Below the pieces are notes generated by a model. That model saw only the letters and a program-made list of their open reading frames with translations. It did no database searches and was not told the DNA's origin. DNA of 51,279 nt from an uncultured Prochlorococcus sp. (GTDB taxonomy: Bacteria; Cyanobacteriota; Cyanobacteriia; PCC-6307; Cyanobiaceae): NCBI GenBank assembly GCA_964397895.1, contig CAYNKY010000001.1, positions 1-51,279 on the forward strand. Direction: 5' to 3'. Position 1 is the first letter of the stretch, and every line of letters begins with the position of its first letter. The position numbers and the translations under genes are program-made. Shown here in pieces: positions 31,883-42,430 of the stretch.

Positions 31883-32839
31883 TGATTCTTTAATAACTCT
31901 AATTAGTTTCTTGAATTCAAGAGGTGGTTCTGCTTCAAAAAGCATATTTTCCCCATTAATTGGATGAATTAAACCTAGTTTATTGGCGTGGAGAGCTTGT
32001 CCTGTTAAATTGCAAGGTAATTTTTTGCACCTCCCATATAAAGGATCGCCAAGAATGGGGTGTTTGATATATGCGCAATGAACTCTTATTTGATGAGTTC
32101 TTCCAGTCTCTAATTTAAAACTCATTAATGAGTAATTCCCTAATCTTTCTACTAATTTCCAATTTGTGCGGGCATGTTTTCCCATGCTCTCCTCAACAAC
32201 AGCATATTTTTTTCTATCAATAGGATGTCTTCCAATATTGGAAGCAATAGTTCCCTCTGATTCTTTAGGCGTACCATGTATTACAGCAAGATAGTTTCTA
32301 GATGCAATTCTATTTTTAATTTGCAATTGTAAATTAACTAATGCTTCTTGACTTTTTGCAACTACTAAACAACCAGATGTATCTTTATCTAATCGGTGAA
32401 CTATACCAGGTCTTAATTTGCCATTTATACCAGGCAAGTTTTTACAGTGATGAAGTAATCCATTAACTAAAGTTCCAGATTTATGCCCAGGAGCAGGATG
32501 TACTGTTAACCCCGAAGGTTTATTGATAACTATAATATGATGATCTTCAAATAATATTTTTAAATTCATCTTCTCAGGTTTTAAATAAGGTAAAGGTTCT
32601 GGAGGAGGTAACCATATTTGAACATTATCTCCTTTTCTTAATGGAGTTTTTGCCTTCGCTTCTTTATAGTTCACTAAAATCAGACCTGATGAAATAAGAT
32701 TTTGTATACTAGTTCTGCTTTGCTCGGTTCTTTGACTAACAAGCCATCTATCAAGTCTCATGGGAAGAGAGTAATCATATGAAATCTCAATAAATTCACC
32801 CTCTCCTATTCCAAATAAAGAGTCCTTTTTAGAATCCAT
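31871..32839 (-). CDS. rluD: 23S rRNA pseudouridine synthase, RluA/RluD family
   Basis: S4 domain (RLDRWL), NKPSGL.VHP, HRLDKDTSG, GRTHQIRVH and QALHA motifs. Start probably ATG 32839. Confidence 0.92.
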   Translation of the reverse strand: MDSKKDSLFGIGEGEFIEISYDYSLPMRLDRWLVSQRTEQSRTSIQNLISSGLILVNYKEAKAKTPLRKGDNVQIWLPPPEPLPYLKPEKMNLKILFEDHHIIVINKPSGLTVHPAPGHKSGTLVNGLLHHCKNLPGINGKLRPGIVHRLDKDTSGCLVVAKSQEALVNLQLQIKNRIASRNYLAVIHGTPKESEGTIASNIGRHPIDRKKYAVVEESMGKHARTNWKLVERLGNYSLMSFKLETGRTHQIRVHCAYIKHPILGDPLYGRCKKLPCNLTGQALHANKLGLIHPINGENMLFEAEPPLEFKKLIRVIKESLNI

Positions 32840-33701
32840 TCGGGGCCTCAAGACATATTTCGCCTAACATCTGTGTTCTAAAATCTTCAAGCAATCTATA
32901 AGCCATTCTTTTTTTATCGTGAGAGGTGTGTAAACTTGCGGTAAGTTTTAGCCATTTATCAGGTTCTTTAAAAGCTTCTTTTATATCTACACCATATCTG
33001 TTTGTAATCATCTTGGTTGAAATACTTGATATGGGATTATTATGGAGTTTGTGTAATATTTTAATAAATTCTTCAGCAACACTAATTAAATCATATCCAG
33101 CTTCCCCTATGTCATCGCAAATAGCAAGATTTAATGCTGACTTTTGATCTTCTAAATCTGGAGGTATGATCCCTGGGGCATCTAGTAAATCTATTCCATT
33201 GTCTAATCTAATCCAATGAAGAGCTCTCGTAACGCCTGCTTTTCTTGCACTTTGAACTACTCGCCTATTTGCGATTCTATTAATTAATGCTGATTTTCCA
33301 ACATTTGGGAACCCTAGAGTCAATGCTCTTATAGGTCTAATTTTCATACCTCTTGATATTCTTCTGCTATCAATTGATTCTCTTAAGGCTATAGATGCTT
33401 TGCATAATTCTTTTATGCCTTCCCCTTTTTTTGAATTGCACCAAATTGGGAATTCTTTACGATTAATAAACCACTTATGCCATGATTCTTTTGCTTTTGG
33501 AGATATCATATCTGCTTTGTTAATTACTAATAAATGTTTTTTCCCTTGAATCCAATTATTTAAATGAGTATGGCTGGTTGATAGAGGTATTCTCGCATCT
33601 CTAACTTCGATAACCAAATCGACTCTTTTTATGATTTCTGATAATTTCCTTTCAGCTTTTGCAATATGGCCTGGATACCATTGAATTTTGGGTATTTCCA
33701 C
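32829..33701 (-). CDS. rbgA: Ribosome biogenesis GTPase RbgA/YlqF
   Basis: WYPGH, DARIP and circularly permuted G4 NKAD, G1 GFPNVGKS, G3 DAPG; GTG start. Confidence 0.95.
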   Translation of the reverse strand: MEIPKIQWYPGHIAKAERKLSEIIKRVDLVIEVRDARIPLSTSHTHLNNWIQGKKHLLVINKADMISPKAKESWHKWFINRKEFPIWCNSKKGEGIKELCKASIALRESIDSRRISRGMKIRPIRALTLGFPNVGKSALINRIANRRVVQSARKAGVTRALHWIRLDNGIDLLDAPGIIPPDLEDQKSALNLAICDDIGEAGYDLISVAEEFIKILHKLHNNPISSISTKMITNRYGVDIKEAFKEPDKWLKLTASLHTSHDKKRMAYRLLEDFRTQMLGEICLEAPNGF

Positions 33702-33899
33702 TTTAAATCTAGATCTAATTTTAACTACTAATAATTAATTATTAATATGACTATTTTATTCAATTAAACTAATTAAGACTTTTTTAATAGATTTATAATA
33801 AACTTTTTTAAATTTTATTAAGTCATTACTCCTAGAAACAATTTTTTGACCCAATAGTAATCCAGACACGTTAGGGTTTCAAAGTTGTTCAATAGATTT

Positions 33900-35108
33900 A
33901 TGGCAAAATTATCTCTTTCAAGTTTAAAAAAAACAGAATTACAAGGTAAAAAAGTTTTAGTGAGAGTCGATTTCAATGTTCCACTTAATGATAAATATGA
34001 AATTAGTGATGATACCCGTATTAGAGCGGCATTACCTACAATTGAATATCTAATTAATAATTCTGCAAGAATTATCCTGTCTGCTCACTTTGGAAGACCA
34101 AAAGGCAAGGTAAATGAAAAGATGCGTTTAACTCCTGTCGCTTTGAGATTAAGTGAACTATTAAATAAGAAAGTACCCTTGTCTAAAAGTTGCATTGGTG
34201 ATGAGGCACTTGAAATGTCTAATAATTTAAATGATGGAGATGTAATGTTACTTGAAAATGTACGTTTTTTTGAGGAGGAAGAAAAAAATGATAAAGCATT
34301 TTCAAAGAGTTTGGCTTCCATTGCAGATATGTATGTTAACGATGCTTTTGGAGCAGCTCACAGGGCACATGCTTCTACGCAGGGAGTAACTGAATTTCTT
34401 AATCCTGCTGTGGCTGGATTCTTATTAGAGAAAGAACTAAAGTATCTTCAAGGAGCTATTAATAGCCCTGAAAGACCACTTGCTGCTATAGTTGGAGGCT
34501 CAAAAGTTAGCAGTAAAATAGGTGTTTTGGACTCTCTTCTGGATAAGTGCGATAAAATTATTATTGGTGGTGGGATGATATTTACTTTTTTTAAAGCTAG
34601 GGGATTAGATGTAGGTAAAAGTTTAGTGGAAGATGATAAATTGCAGTTAGCTAAAGATCTTGAAGAAAAAGCTAAAACAAAAGGGGTTCAATTATTGCTG
34701 CCAACTGATGTAGTTCTTGCTAATGAATTTTCACCTACAGCAGAAAGTAAAGTTTCTAATATTGACTCTATTAGTGGAGAGTGGATGGGCTTAGATATAG
34801 GACCTGAATCTATTAAGAATTTTCAAAAAGCACTTATTGATTGTAAATCAATAATATGGAATGGTCCTATGGGAGTATTTGAATTTGAAAAGTTTGCAAA
34901 TGGTACAAATCAAATAGCCAGTACTCTGGCTGAACTAAGTACTTCCTCTGAAGTATGTACGATTATTGGAGGTGGAGATTCTGTAGCTGCTGTTGAAAAG
35001 GCTGGTTTAGCAGAACAGATGTCTCATATATCAACAGGTGGAGGTGCAAGTTTAGAACTTCTTGAAGGGAAGATTTTACCAGGTGTTGATTCTCTAAATG
35101 ACAATTAG
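33900..35108 (+). CDS. pgk: Phosphoglycerate kinase
   Basis: [34 protein letters not shown] and STGGGASLE motifs. Start ATG 33900. Confidence 0.98.
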   Translation: MAKLSLSSLKKTELQGKKVLVRVDFNVPLNDKYEISDDTRIRAALPTIEYLINNSARIILSAHFGRPKGKVNEKMRLTPVALRLSELLNKKVPLSKSCIGDEALEMSNNLNDGDVMLLENVRFFEEEEKNDKAFSKSLASIADMYVNDAFGAAHRAHASTQGVTEFLNPAVAGFLLEKELKYLQGAINSPERPLAAIVGGSKVSSKIGVLDSLLDKCDKIIIGGGMIFTFFKARGLDVGKSLVEDDKLQLAKDLEEKAKTKGVQLLLPTDVVLANEFSPTAESKVSNIDSISGEWMGLDIGPESIKNFQKALIDCKSIIWNGPMGVFEFEKFANGTNQIASTLAELSTSSEVCTIIGGGDSVAAVEKAGLAEQMSHISTGGGASLELLEGKILPGVDSLNDN

Positions 35109-35839
35109 TTTAATTTGTCAACAATATCCACAGACTTTGTAAATGATATTATTCCCCTTGGATGAGCTATTAAACCGGTCCAAATTTGGGTTCCTGGATT
35201 AAGTGGAGCCCTAGTAACTTTAAAAATACCACCAGTTGGTAAAGGCTCTAAAATAACTTTTTGATCAAAAAATGTATCTATTTGATATTCTTTAATACCT
35301 CCTGCAATCATTATTTCATCGAGTGGTTCATTTAAAATGATATCTAGATTATAATTTGATCCTGTTAATACTTTATTAGGAATAGAGATATTTAGATCAA
35401 TAGAATTTTTATCATTTCTTATGGTAGTTAAATGATTTGTGATAGAACTATCTTTAATTTTTCCATTATTAAAGTGAAATAAAAAATTAAAATTAGAATC
35501 TAAAATAAATTTTTTTCCATTAATAAATTTCGTCCCTGTTAAATTTATATCTAATACTTGTTTCTGATTATTTTTTGAATTTGATTCTTTAATCAACCAT
35601 TTTAAATCTGGAAATTCGTTAACAATTTTTCTAAGTTTATTTTCAAACTTTATTTTTTCTTTATTGTCGAAATATTTATCTAAAGCATCAAAATTTCTAT
35701 TATTTAAATTATTCTCAATATTTAAAAAAAATTTATTATTTAAATTATTGCAAATTGCAGATCCAGGAATTATGAGATACAAAAAGATATAACTAATAAA
35801 TATTTTTGATAACAAATTTATTTTAATCATCTTATTCAT
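35105..35839 (-). CDS. Conserved cyanobacterial hypothetical protein, exported or membrane-anchored (NTF2-like fold suspected)
   Basis: Hydrophobic N-terminus after Met 35839/35830; C-terminal GGIFK...APLNPG..W..LIAHP. The ORF-track start at 35917 overlaps murG. Confidence 0.7.
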   Translation of the reverse strand: MNKMIKINLLSKIFISYIFLYLIIPGSAICNNLNNKFFLNIENNLNNRNFDALDKYFDNKEKIKFENKLRKIVNEFPDLKWLIKESNSKNNQKQVLDINLTGTKFINGKKFILDSNFNFLFHFNNGKIKDSSITNHLTTIRNDKNSIDLNISIPNKVLTGSNYNLDIILNEPLDEIMIAGGIKEYQIDTFFDQKVILEPLPTGGIFKVTRAPLNPGTQIWTGLIAHPRGIISFTKSVDIVDKLN

Positions 35840-35873
35840 TTTCTGAATTACTATACCCAATTTAGCCGTTTTT

Positions 35874-36971
35874 ATGAAAAGAGTGAAAAATAATTTATTA
35901 GTAGCTGCAAGTGGCACAGGAGGACATATATTTCCAGCATTAAGTGTTATTGAAACCTTGGATGATAATTGGCAAATAAATTGGCTAGGAATTAAGAAAC
36001 GAGTTGAGAAGCAAATTGTCCCAGTTAAATATAATTTGATTACTTTAGATATTAATTCTCCAAGTAAAAAAAATTTATATTTGATTTATCAATATTTTAA
36101 AATTCTTCTTGCAACCTTTAAAATATTGCAAATTATCAAAGAAAGAGAAATCTCATTAGTTTTTACAACAGGAGGATATATTTCAGCACCAACAATTTTA
36201 GCAGCAAAAATTTTAAATATTCCTGTCATACTTCATGAATCTAATTTAGTTCCAGGTTTAGTTACCCGCTTTTTTGGAAGATATTGTAATTATTTGTTAA
36301 CAGGATTTAAAGAAACAGATGCTTATTTAAAAAAATGTAAAATAACTTTTACTGGAACTCCTTTGCGCGATCAGTTTTACTGTAAGAATGAAATTCCTAG
36401 TTGGGTCCCTGAAGGTGATGGCCCTTTGATTTGTATTATGGGAGGTAGTCAAGGAGCTCAAGATATAAATGAATTGGTTTTTGGATGCCTGGACTTTTTA
36501 TTGGAAAATAATTTTAGAATCATACATATAGTGGGTCCAAATAAATCAAAAGATCTAAGAAATCTAAAATCAACTAATTATCTTCAAATAAATTTCACGA
36601 ATCAAATAGCTGAATTATTACAAAATTGTGATTTAGTTATTTCTAGATCTGGTTCGGGTGCAATAAATGAAATCATTCACACAAAAATACCTTCAATATT
36701 AATCCCATACCCTAATTCAAAATATAATCATCAAGAGAAAAATGCTCAGATTCTTGCTTCAATTGGCGCCTCTATTTTAATTAATCAAAAGTCAAATTCC
36801 ACAAATACCTTAAAAAGGACTTTACAAAGAATTTTTCTAAATAATGGAGTGGAAGAAAAAAGAACAAATGAATTGCTAAATCTAATGAAGTTAAATATTT
36901 CTGAACTGAGAACTAAAGATGCAAGATATGAAATAAGTAAAATAATTAATTCTTATAGGAAGGATTTATAA
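35874..36971 (+). CDS. murG: Lipid I N-acetylglucosaminyltransferase MurG
   Basis: GTGGHIFPA, GGYIS, HESN, GGSQGA, SRSG and HQEKNA motifs. Confidence 0.96.
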   Translation: MKRVKNNLLVAASGTGGHIFPALSVIETLDDNWQINWLGIKKRVEKQIVPVKYNLITLDINSPSKKNLYLIYQYFKILLATFKILQIIKEREISLVFTTGGYISAPTILAAKILNIPVILHESNLVPGLVTRFFGRYCNYLLTGFKETDAYLKKCKITFTGTPLRDQFYCKNEIPSWVPEGDGPLICIMGGSQGAQDINELVFGCLDFLLENNFRIIHIVGPNKSKDLRNLKSTNYLQINFTNQIAELLQNCDLVISRSGSGAINEIIHTKIPSILIPYPNSKYNHQEKNAQILASIGASILINQKSNSTNTLKRTLQRIFLNNGVEEKRTNELLNLMKLNISELRTKDARYEISKIINSYRKDL

Positions 36972-38035
36972 ATTTCTAAAGCAATTTTTTTATTTTCTTC
37001 ATGGGTTTTAAGACTAATCCTTGCCCATTTTTCATCTAAAGATCTAAAGGACGAACAATCTCGTATCAAAATTCCTTTATTCTCTAAATATTTAATATTC
37101 TTTATTAATGAATTTTTGCTTTTCATTAAAAAGAAGTTCGCTGCGGATTCGTAAACCTTAATATCTTTAATTTGTGATAACTTTTGGAAGAGAAAATCTT
37201 TTTCAAATAAAATCCAAGAGTGAATTTGTTTTGTGAATGCATTGAATAGATTCTTTCTTTTGAAGATTGCTTTGCCTGCAGTAATTGCAAAAGAGTTTAA
37301 TGGCCAAGGATCACGAATTTTATTGATTTTCTCTAATGTATTTGGAGAACTTACCATATATCCAATTCTTAATCCAGGGATACCAAATAATTTTGTGAGG
37401 CTTCTTATTATTATTAAATTTTTATATTTTTTGATTAATGGAATTAAAGAATTTACCTCACCTTTTGGTGTGATAGATAGAAAGGCCTCGTCGCAAATGA
37501 CCATCTCATAGTGATTAATGATCTTTTCTAAAGATCTTCTTTCCCATAATTGTCCTGTAGGATTATGCGGATTTGTTATCCAAAGGACTTTACATTTTGG
37601 CTTAATAGGAAATTCTTGAGCTTTTGTTGAGAAATTATTTCTTGGTAACTCATGGAAGATATATTCTGCATCCCAACAATCTAGAGCTCTTTCATAATCA
37701 ACAAAGCCAGGAATTGGTAAACAACTTTTACCGCATTTAGATGCTATGTAAGCAGCCCATGTTATTAATTCTGATGCTCCATTGCCAGGTAAGATGTATT
37801 CAGGATTTATATTATGAAATTCTCCAATAATATTTCTTAATTCTATATTTTGGATTTCTGGATAATGCTTGAAATTATTATTTTTGATATCTATATATAG
37901 TTCCTCTTTAATAAAATTTGGAGTTTCGAAAGGAATTATTGATGCGCTTGCATCTATAATTTCTGAAACGGGTAAATTTAATTTAAGCGCTTTTGAATAT
38001 ATATTTCCGCCATGTTTGAATTCAAAATCTTTCAA
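36953..38035 (-). CDS. cobD: L-threonine-O-3-phosphate decarboxylase (cobalamin pathway)
   Basis: N-terminal HGGN, DASAS, GNGASELI, NPHNPTG, DEAF and RSLTKLFGIPGLRIG motifs. Confidence 0.8.
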   Translation of the reverse strand: MKDFEFKHGGNIYSKALKLNLPVSEIIDASASIIPFETPNFIKEELYIDIKNNNFKHYPEIQNIELRNIIGEFHNINPEYILPGNGASELITWAAYIASKCGKSCLPIPGFVDYERALDCWDAEYIFHELPRNNFSTKAQEFPIKPKCKVLWITNPHNPTGQLWERRSLEKIINHYEMVICDEAFLSITPKGEVNSLIPLIKKYKNLIIIRSLTKLFGIPGLRIGYMVSSPNTLEKINKIRDPWPLNSFAITAGKAIFKRKNLFNAFTKQIHSWILFEKDFLFQKLSQIKDIKVYESAANFFLMKSKNSLIKNIKYLENKGILIRDCSSFRSLDEKWARISLKTHEENKKIALEIYKSFL

Positions 38036-38084
38036 AATAATTATAGTTATTTTTTATTTTAAATTAGTTTTTATCCTTTTTTAA

Positions 38085-39254
38085 TTATTCTTCCCAATTT
38101 AATCCAGATCCAACGGCTTCTTTGATATTAGCTATTTTATGAATGTTTAATTGCTTTACTAATCCACTTAATATATGTGGTACTAATATTGGCCCTTGGT
38201 AAATCCAACCTGTATATAATTGAACTAAAGAAGCACCAGAACAAATTCTTTCCCATGCAGATTTTGCAGAATCAATTCCTCCTACTCCAATGAGAACTAT
38301 TTTTTTATCATTATTATGAATGTACTTAATTATTCTATTTGCTTTTGCTCTGAGAGGTCTTCCACTTAAACCGCCACTCTCATTTGATAAATTTATTCCT
38401 GTTTCTTGAATAACTGTTTTTTCAAGACCTAGTCGATCAATACTTGTGTTTGTAGCAATTATTCCATCAGCTCCTACATCAGTTATTAATTGGCAAATAT
38501 CATCAATTTCCTGGAAATTAAGATCAGGAGCAATCTTTATAAATAATGGAGGACATTCAGGTAATTTCTTAATCTCAATTAGTAATTCTCTAAGAAGAAG
38601 TGGATCTTGTAATCTTCTAAGTCCTTCTGTATTTGGTGAACTGACATTTATTGTCGCATAATCACAATAGGGGATTAGAAGTTTTAATGAATATACATAG
38701 TCTTCTGTTGATTGTTTTAAAGGTGTTATTTTGGATTTACCAAAATTAATTCCTAAACAATTTTTTACCCTCTGATTACTTTTTTGAATGTTTTGACTTA
38801 TTAAATTTTTTACCAATAAATCAGCTCCTTTATTATTAAATCCCATCCTATTTAATGCGGCGCCTTCTTTTGAGATTCTAAATAGTCTCGGTTTGGGATT
38901 CCCTACTTGAGCATGCTTAGTTACCGTTCCAATTTCAGCGAATCCAAATCCAAAATCTCTCCACACATTTGCGCCTATGCCGTTTTTATCAAATCCAGCA
39001 GCAAGGCCAACTGGATTGGTAAAATTTATTCCACAAATATTTTGATTTAATCTTTCATCTTCTATGCATAACTCATTATGTAATTCCTTTAGAACTTTTG
39101 AGATAATTGGCCAATCTTTTTTATTTGAAGTAAAAGCAATAATATTTAATGAGAAATTTGTTAGATATTCTGCATCGATCCCTCTATCTTTTTTCAGAAT
39201 TGGTTTTATTAAATTTTCATAAATTTTAGTAATCGATAAAATATTTTGTTTCAT
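38085..39254 (-). CDS. pyrD: Quinone-dependent dihydroorotate dehydrogenase (class 2)
   Basis: NPVGLAAGFDKN, GNPKPRLFR, NRMGFNN, NVSSPNT, KIAPD and GGLSG motifs. Confidence 0.97.
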   Translation of the reverse strand: MKQNILSITKIYENLIKPILKKDRGIDAEYLTNFSLNIIAFTSNKKDWPIISKVLKELHNELCIEDERLNQNICGINFTNPVGLAAGFDKNGIGANVWRDFGFGFAEIGTVTKHAQVGNPKPRLFRISKEGAALNRMGFNNKGADLLVKNLISQNIQKSNQRVKNCLGINFGKSKITPLKQSTEDYVYSLKLLIPYCDYATINVSSPNTEGLRRLQDPLLLRELLIEIKKLPECPPLFIKIAPDLNFQEIDDICQLITDVGADGIIATNTSIDRLGLEKTVIQETGINLSNESGGLSGRPLRAKANRIIKYIHNNDKKIVLIGVGGIDSAKSAWERICSGASLVQLYTGWIYQGPILVPHILSGLVKQLNIHKIANIKEAVGSGLNWEE

Positions 39255-39976
39255 GAGAATTCGATATCTTTTTTATGAATTATCCAATGCTTGTCTTTTG
39301 TTGGTTTAATTATCCAATCGCGCCATGAAAATTCCTTAAAATTAATTATATCAGTGGTGTCTTCAAGCGATAGTAATTCAGATAATTCTTCTGAATTTAT
39401 TCGAAATCTTTTTAGAGAAAATTTGTTAACTAATTCCATTCGATTATAAAGTTTACTTATTTTTACAGATGCTTTAGATTTGTCTTGAATATAATTATTG
39501 GATAATTTATTATTTTGCAACGGTATTCCTTTACTATAATTAGTTGCAATCAAATCAACTCGTTCATTGTGTTCATTACCACTGTGACCTTTAACAAATT
39601 CCATCTTTAATCCAGCTAATCTTAAGGTATCAATTTTTTTCCATAAGTCGACATTCATTACTGGCTTACCGCTACTTGTTCTCCATCCATTAGCCTTCCA
39701 TTTGTTGATCCAATTTGAATATCCTTGAATTAAATATTTGCTGTCAGTTCTTAATTTAAAATTTTCTTTTAGTTTGAAATCTCTTAATTTTTCGAGAGTT
39801 TTGATAGCAGCTAATAACTCCATTCTATTGTTTGTTGTGTCATTTTCACCTCCACCTATCTCTATTTCAGTTCCATTATCAAGTATTATCAGACCACCCC
39901 AGCCACCTTTACCAGGATTACCACTGCAGGCGCCATCCGTTGCAGCCTCGATTGCGCAATATTGTTCACTATTCAT
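39251..39976 (-). CDS. rnhA: Ribonuclease HI with C-terminal extension
   Basis: TDGACSGNPG, TNNRMEL, TDSKY and VKGHSG...NERVD motifs; about 90 extra C-terminal residues. Confidence 0.95.
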   Translation of the reverse strand: MNSEQYCAIEAATDGACSGNPGKGGWGGLIILDNGTEIEIGGGENDTTNNRMELLAAIKTLEKLRDFKLKENFKLRTDSKYLIQGYSNWINKWKANGWRTSSGKPVMNVDLWKKIDTLRLAGLKMEFVKGHSGNEHNERVDLIATNYSKGIPLQNNKLSNNYIQDKSKASVKISKLYNRMELVNKFSLKRFRINSEELSELLSLEDTTDIINFKEFSWRDWIIKPTKDKHWIIHKKDIEFS

Positions 39977-39984
39977 AATTTATG

Positions 39985-40008
39985 AGCCGATAACAATAAT
40001 TATCGGCT
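39985..40008 (-). terminator. 9-bp stem-loop after rplL (terminator or 3' stabiliser; lacks a U-tract)
   Basis: AGCCGATAA-caataa-TTATCGGCT perfect inverted repeat, 15 nt past the rplL stop. Confidence 0.6.
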
Positions 40009-40023
40009 TAAAACTCTAATTAC

Positions 40024-40419
40024 TTATTTTAGTGTAACTTTTCCTCCAGCTTCTTCAATCTCTTTTTTTAAGGCTTCTGCCTCTTCTTTAGCTACACCTT
40101 CTTTAACTGTTTTAGGAGCAGCTTCTACTAACGCCTTTGCATCGCCGAGGCCTAGACCAGTAGCATTTCTTACCACTTTAAGAACCTTGATTTTTGCGGA
40201 AGCATCAAAGCCTTCAAGAATTACATCAAATTCGCTCTTTTCATCAGCAGCAGAGGAATCACCCTCGCCAGCCCCAGCTCCTGGAGCAGCCATCACAACT
40301 CCTGCAGAAGCAGCAGCAGATACACCAAAAGTTTCTTCAATTTGCTTTACAAGCTCAGAGGCTTCTAATAATGAGAGTGATTTTAGTGACTCAAGAATTT
40401 CGTCGGTTTTTGCAGACAT
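40024..40419 (-). CDS. rplL: 50S ribosomal protein L7/L12
   Basis: [29 protein letters not shown] and LGLGDAK motifs. True ATG is 40419, not 40509. Confidence 0.98.
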   Translation of the reverse strand: MSAKTDEILESLKSLSLLEASELVKQIEETFGVSAAASAGVVMAAPGAGAGEGDSSAADEKSEFDVILEGFDASAKIKVLKVVRNATGLGLGDAKALVEAAPKTVKEGVAKEEAEALKKEIEEAGGKVTLK

Positions 40420-40447
40420 TTTTTTAGTGAAATAAATAGATTGGAAT

Positions 40448-40975
40448 TTAGGATTCTGAACTTTCAGAATGTTGTTTAAGTGATCTAGCAAGTCCTGATG
40501 GGACCTCATTGATTCCTATAGCAAGTTTGGTGGTAACACCATTAATTGCACCAGCAATTTTCGCCATTAGAACTTCTCTTGAAGGTAAATCAGCGATTTC
40601 TTTAAATTCCGATTTACTTAAAAGTTTTCCTTCAAATAGAGCACCCTTGGTTTCTGATTTCTTTGTTTCTTTTTGAAAAGTTTGGATTGCTTTTACAGCA
40701 CCTCCAACATCTTCTTTAATTAAAACAAAAGCATTAGTCCCAGTGAGAAGTGGTTCAAGACTTTTCCAGTTACTATCTCCATCAATAGCTCTACGCATTA
40801 ATGAATTTTTAGTAACTTTGCAAATACCATTATTTGATTGCAATTTTGATCGCAAATCAGACATTTCTTTGATGGTTAAACCTTGATAGTCGAGAACGAC
40901 AGCCATTTCAGATCCGTTTAAAAGATCTTTAATCTCTTGAACGATTAATTGCTTATTCTCTAGTGTTCGGCCCAT
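40448..40975 (-). CDS. rplJ: 50S ribosomal protein L10
   Basis: [21 protein letters not shown] and LPSREVL motifs. True ATG is 40975. Confidence 0.97.
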   Translation of the reverse strand: MGRTLENKQLIVQEIKDLLNGSEMAVVLDYQGLTIKEMSDLRSKLQSNNGICKVTKNSLMRRAIDGDSNWKSLEPLLTGTNAFVLIKEDVGGAVKAIQTFQKETKKSETKGALFEGKLLSKSEFKEIADLPSREVLMAKIAGAINGVTTKLAIGINEVPSGLARSLKQHSESSES

Positions 40976-40989
40976 TATTTTTTTGGATC

Positions 40990-41130
40990 GTTTGTTTAGG
41001 TAGAGCAGGGAATGCGGCAAAGTTCGTATGGGCCGCTTTCTTTAAGATCCAATTGGATAAAAATGAAAAACAAACCTCGGTGGAATTTAATAATTTAGAT
41101 TAACTAAATTAACCCACTATCTTTGGCCGT
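40990..41130 (-). promoter_or_regulatory. L10 leader (ribosomal protein autoregulatory RNA)
   Basis: Minus strand reads CCAAAGATAGTGGG...TTAAATTCCACCGAGG, resembling the L10-leader core, with a further GCGGC/GCCGC stem at 41014-41036. Confidence 0.75.
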
Positions 41131-41145
41131 ATTATTGCAAACTTA

Positions 41146-41151
41146 ATTATA
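41146..41151 (-). promoter_or_regulatory. Putative -10 box of an internal rplJL promoter
   Basis: Perfect TATAAT 8 nt after the rplA stop and just upstream of the L10 leader. Confidence 0.5.
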
Positions 41152-41159
41152 CTACAACG

Positions 41160-41867
41160 TTAACTTTCTTGTTGGAAATCTTGTAAAGCACTAATATCTA
41201 CTTGAATTGAAGGCCCCATTGTTGATGATAAATACAATGTTTTCCAGTATTTACCCTTTGCACCAGTTGGCTTGTTTTTATCTATAGCTTCTTGCAAAGT
41301 TTTAAGATTCTCAAATAAATCATTGGTCGAGAAGCTTGCTTTCCCAAATCGGACATGAACAATTCCCGCTTTATCAGCTCTAAATTCTAATTTTCCTGCT
41401 TTAAATTCTTTAATTGCATTTGCAATATCATTTGTTACGGTACCTGCCTTGGGATTTGGCATCAATCCTCTTGGACCTAAAACTCTTCCAAGTTTTGCTA
41501 CTTTAGGCATCATATCAGGAGTTGATATAAGGAGATCAAAATCCATATTTCCTTTATTGATACTTTCAACTAAATCTTCCTCACCAAATAGATCAGCCCC
41601 TGCATCTTTTGCTTTTGAAATATTCTCTCCGCTTGTAATAACCGCAATTTTTATTGATTGACCAGTTCCATGAGGTAAAGCAACTGTTGTCCTAAGTTGT
41701 TGATCTGTATATTTGGGATCAATACCTAATCTGACATGAGCTTCAATTGTTTCGTCAAATTTGGCTGTGGCATTTTCTTTGACAATACTAATGGCTTCTT
41801 GAGCTGAATAAATTCGATCTTCAATCTTTTGTGAAAGAAGTGCCATTCTTTTAGATAGTTTTTTCAT
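41160..41867 (-). CDS. rplA: 50S ribosomal protein L1
   Basis: [23 protein letters not shown] and STMGP motifs. Confidence 0.98.
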   Translation of the reverse strand: MKKLSKRMALLSQKIEDRIYSAQEAISIVKENATAKFDETIEAHVRLGIDPKYTDQQLRTTVALPHGTGQSIKIAVITSGENISKAKDAGADLFGEEDLVESINKGNMDFDLLISTPDMMPKVAKLGRVLGPRGLMPNPKAGTVTNDIANAIKEFKAGKLEFRADKAGIVHVRFGKASFSTNDLFENLKTLQEAIDKNKPTGAKGKYWKTLYLSSTMGPSIQVDISALQDFQQES

Positions 41868-41876
41868 AATTTAGTT

Positions 41877-41905
41877 GGGTTCAAACGGTTATGTCTAACC
41901 TCCCC
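41877..41905 (-). promoter_or_regulatory. Putative L1-binding operator hairpin upstream of rplA
   Basis: Minus strand GGGGAG-GTTA-GACA-TAAC-CGTTTGAA-CCC: two stems around an asymmetric internal loop, 9 nt before the rplA ATG. Confidence 0.65.
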
Positions 41906-41932
41906 TGATTGGTAAGTTTTATTTTAGGGTAT

Positions 41933-42358
41933 TTAATCTGAAATTGATACGCCCATATTACGAGCTGTACCCTCAATTATTTTCATTGCAGATTCAATAC
42001 TTGTACAGTTTAAATCAGGGAGTTTGGTTTTGGCTATCTCTTCTAATTGTGATTTTGTGATTTTCCCTGCGGAACCTTTAGCTGAATCACCTGAACCTTT
42101 TTCAATTCCAGCAGCTTTTGTTATTAAAACTGACGCAGGTGGAGTTTTGGTAATAAATGTAAAACTTCTATCTTCAAAAACAGAAATTTCAACGGGAATT
42201 ACAAAACCAGCTTTATCTTGAGTACGAGCATTATATTCTTTGCAAAAGGCCATTATATTTACTCCATGCTGACCCAATGCAGGGCCTACGGGGGGAGCAG
42301 GGTTTGCTTTTCCTGCTTGTAGAGCAAGTTTAATTAAAGCTACAACTTTTTTTGCCAT
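41933..42358 (-). CDS. rplK: 50S ribosomal protein L11
   Basis: [23 protein letters not shown] and KTPPAS motifs. Confidence 0.98.
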   Translation of the reverse strand: MAKKVVALIKLALQAGKANPAPPVGPALGQHGVNIMAFCKEYNARTQDKAGFVIPVEISVFEDRSFTFITKTPPASVLITKAAGIEKGSGDSAKGSAGKITKSQLEEIAKTKLPDLNCTSIESAMKIIEGTARNMGVSISD

Positions 42359-42430
42359 AAGTCTTTTTGAAATTGAAATGAAATTAAAAGATTAAATTTG
42401 TCAACAATGAAATTAATTACTTTTTATGAA

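Noticed and set aside
33729-33744. Palindrome TAATAATTAATTATTA between rbgA and pgk as a Fur-like box
   Set aside because: A/T only, does not match the GATAATGAT-type consensus, and is plausible by chance.
23160-41020. N-terminal extensions in the ORF track for hisC, the ABC ATPase, the 35105 ORF, rplL and rplJ
   Set aside because: They overlap neighbouring genes or leaders; downstream ATGs give family-typical N-termini.
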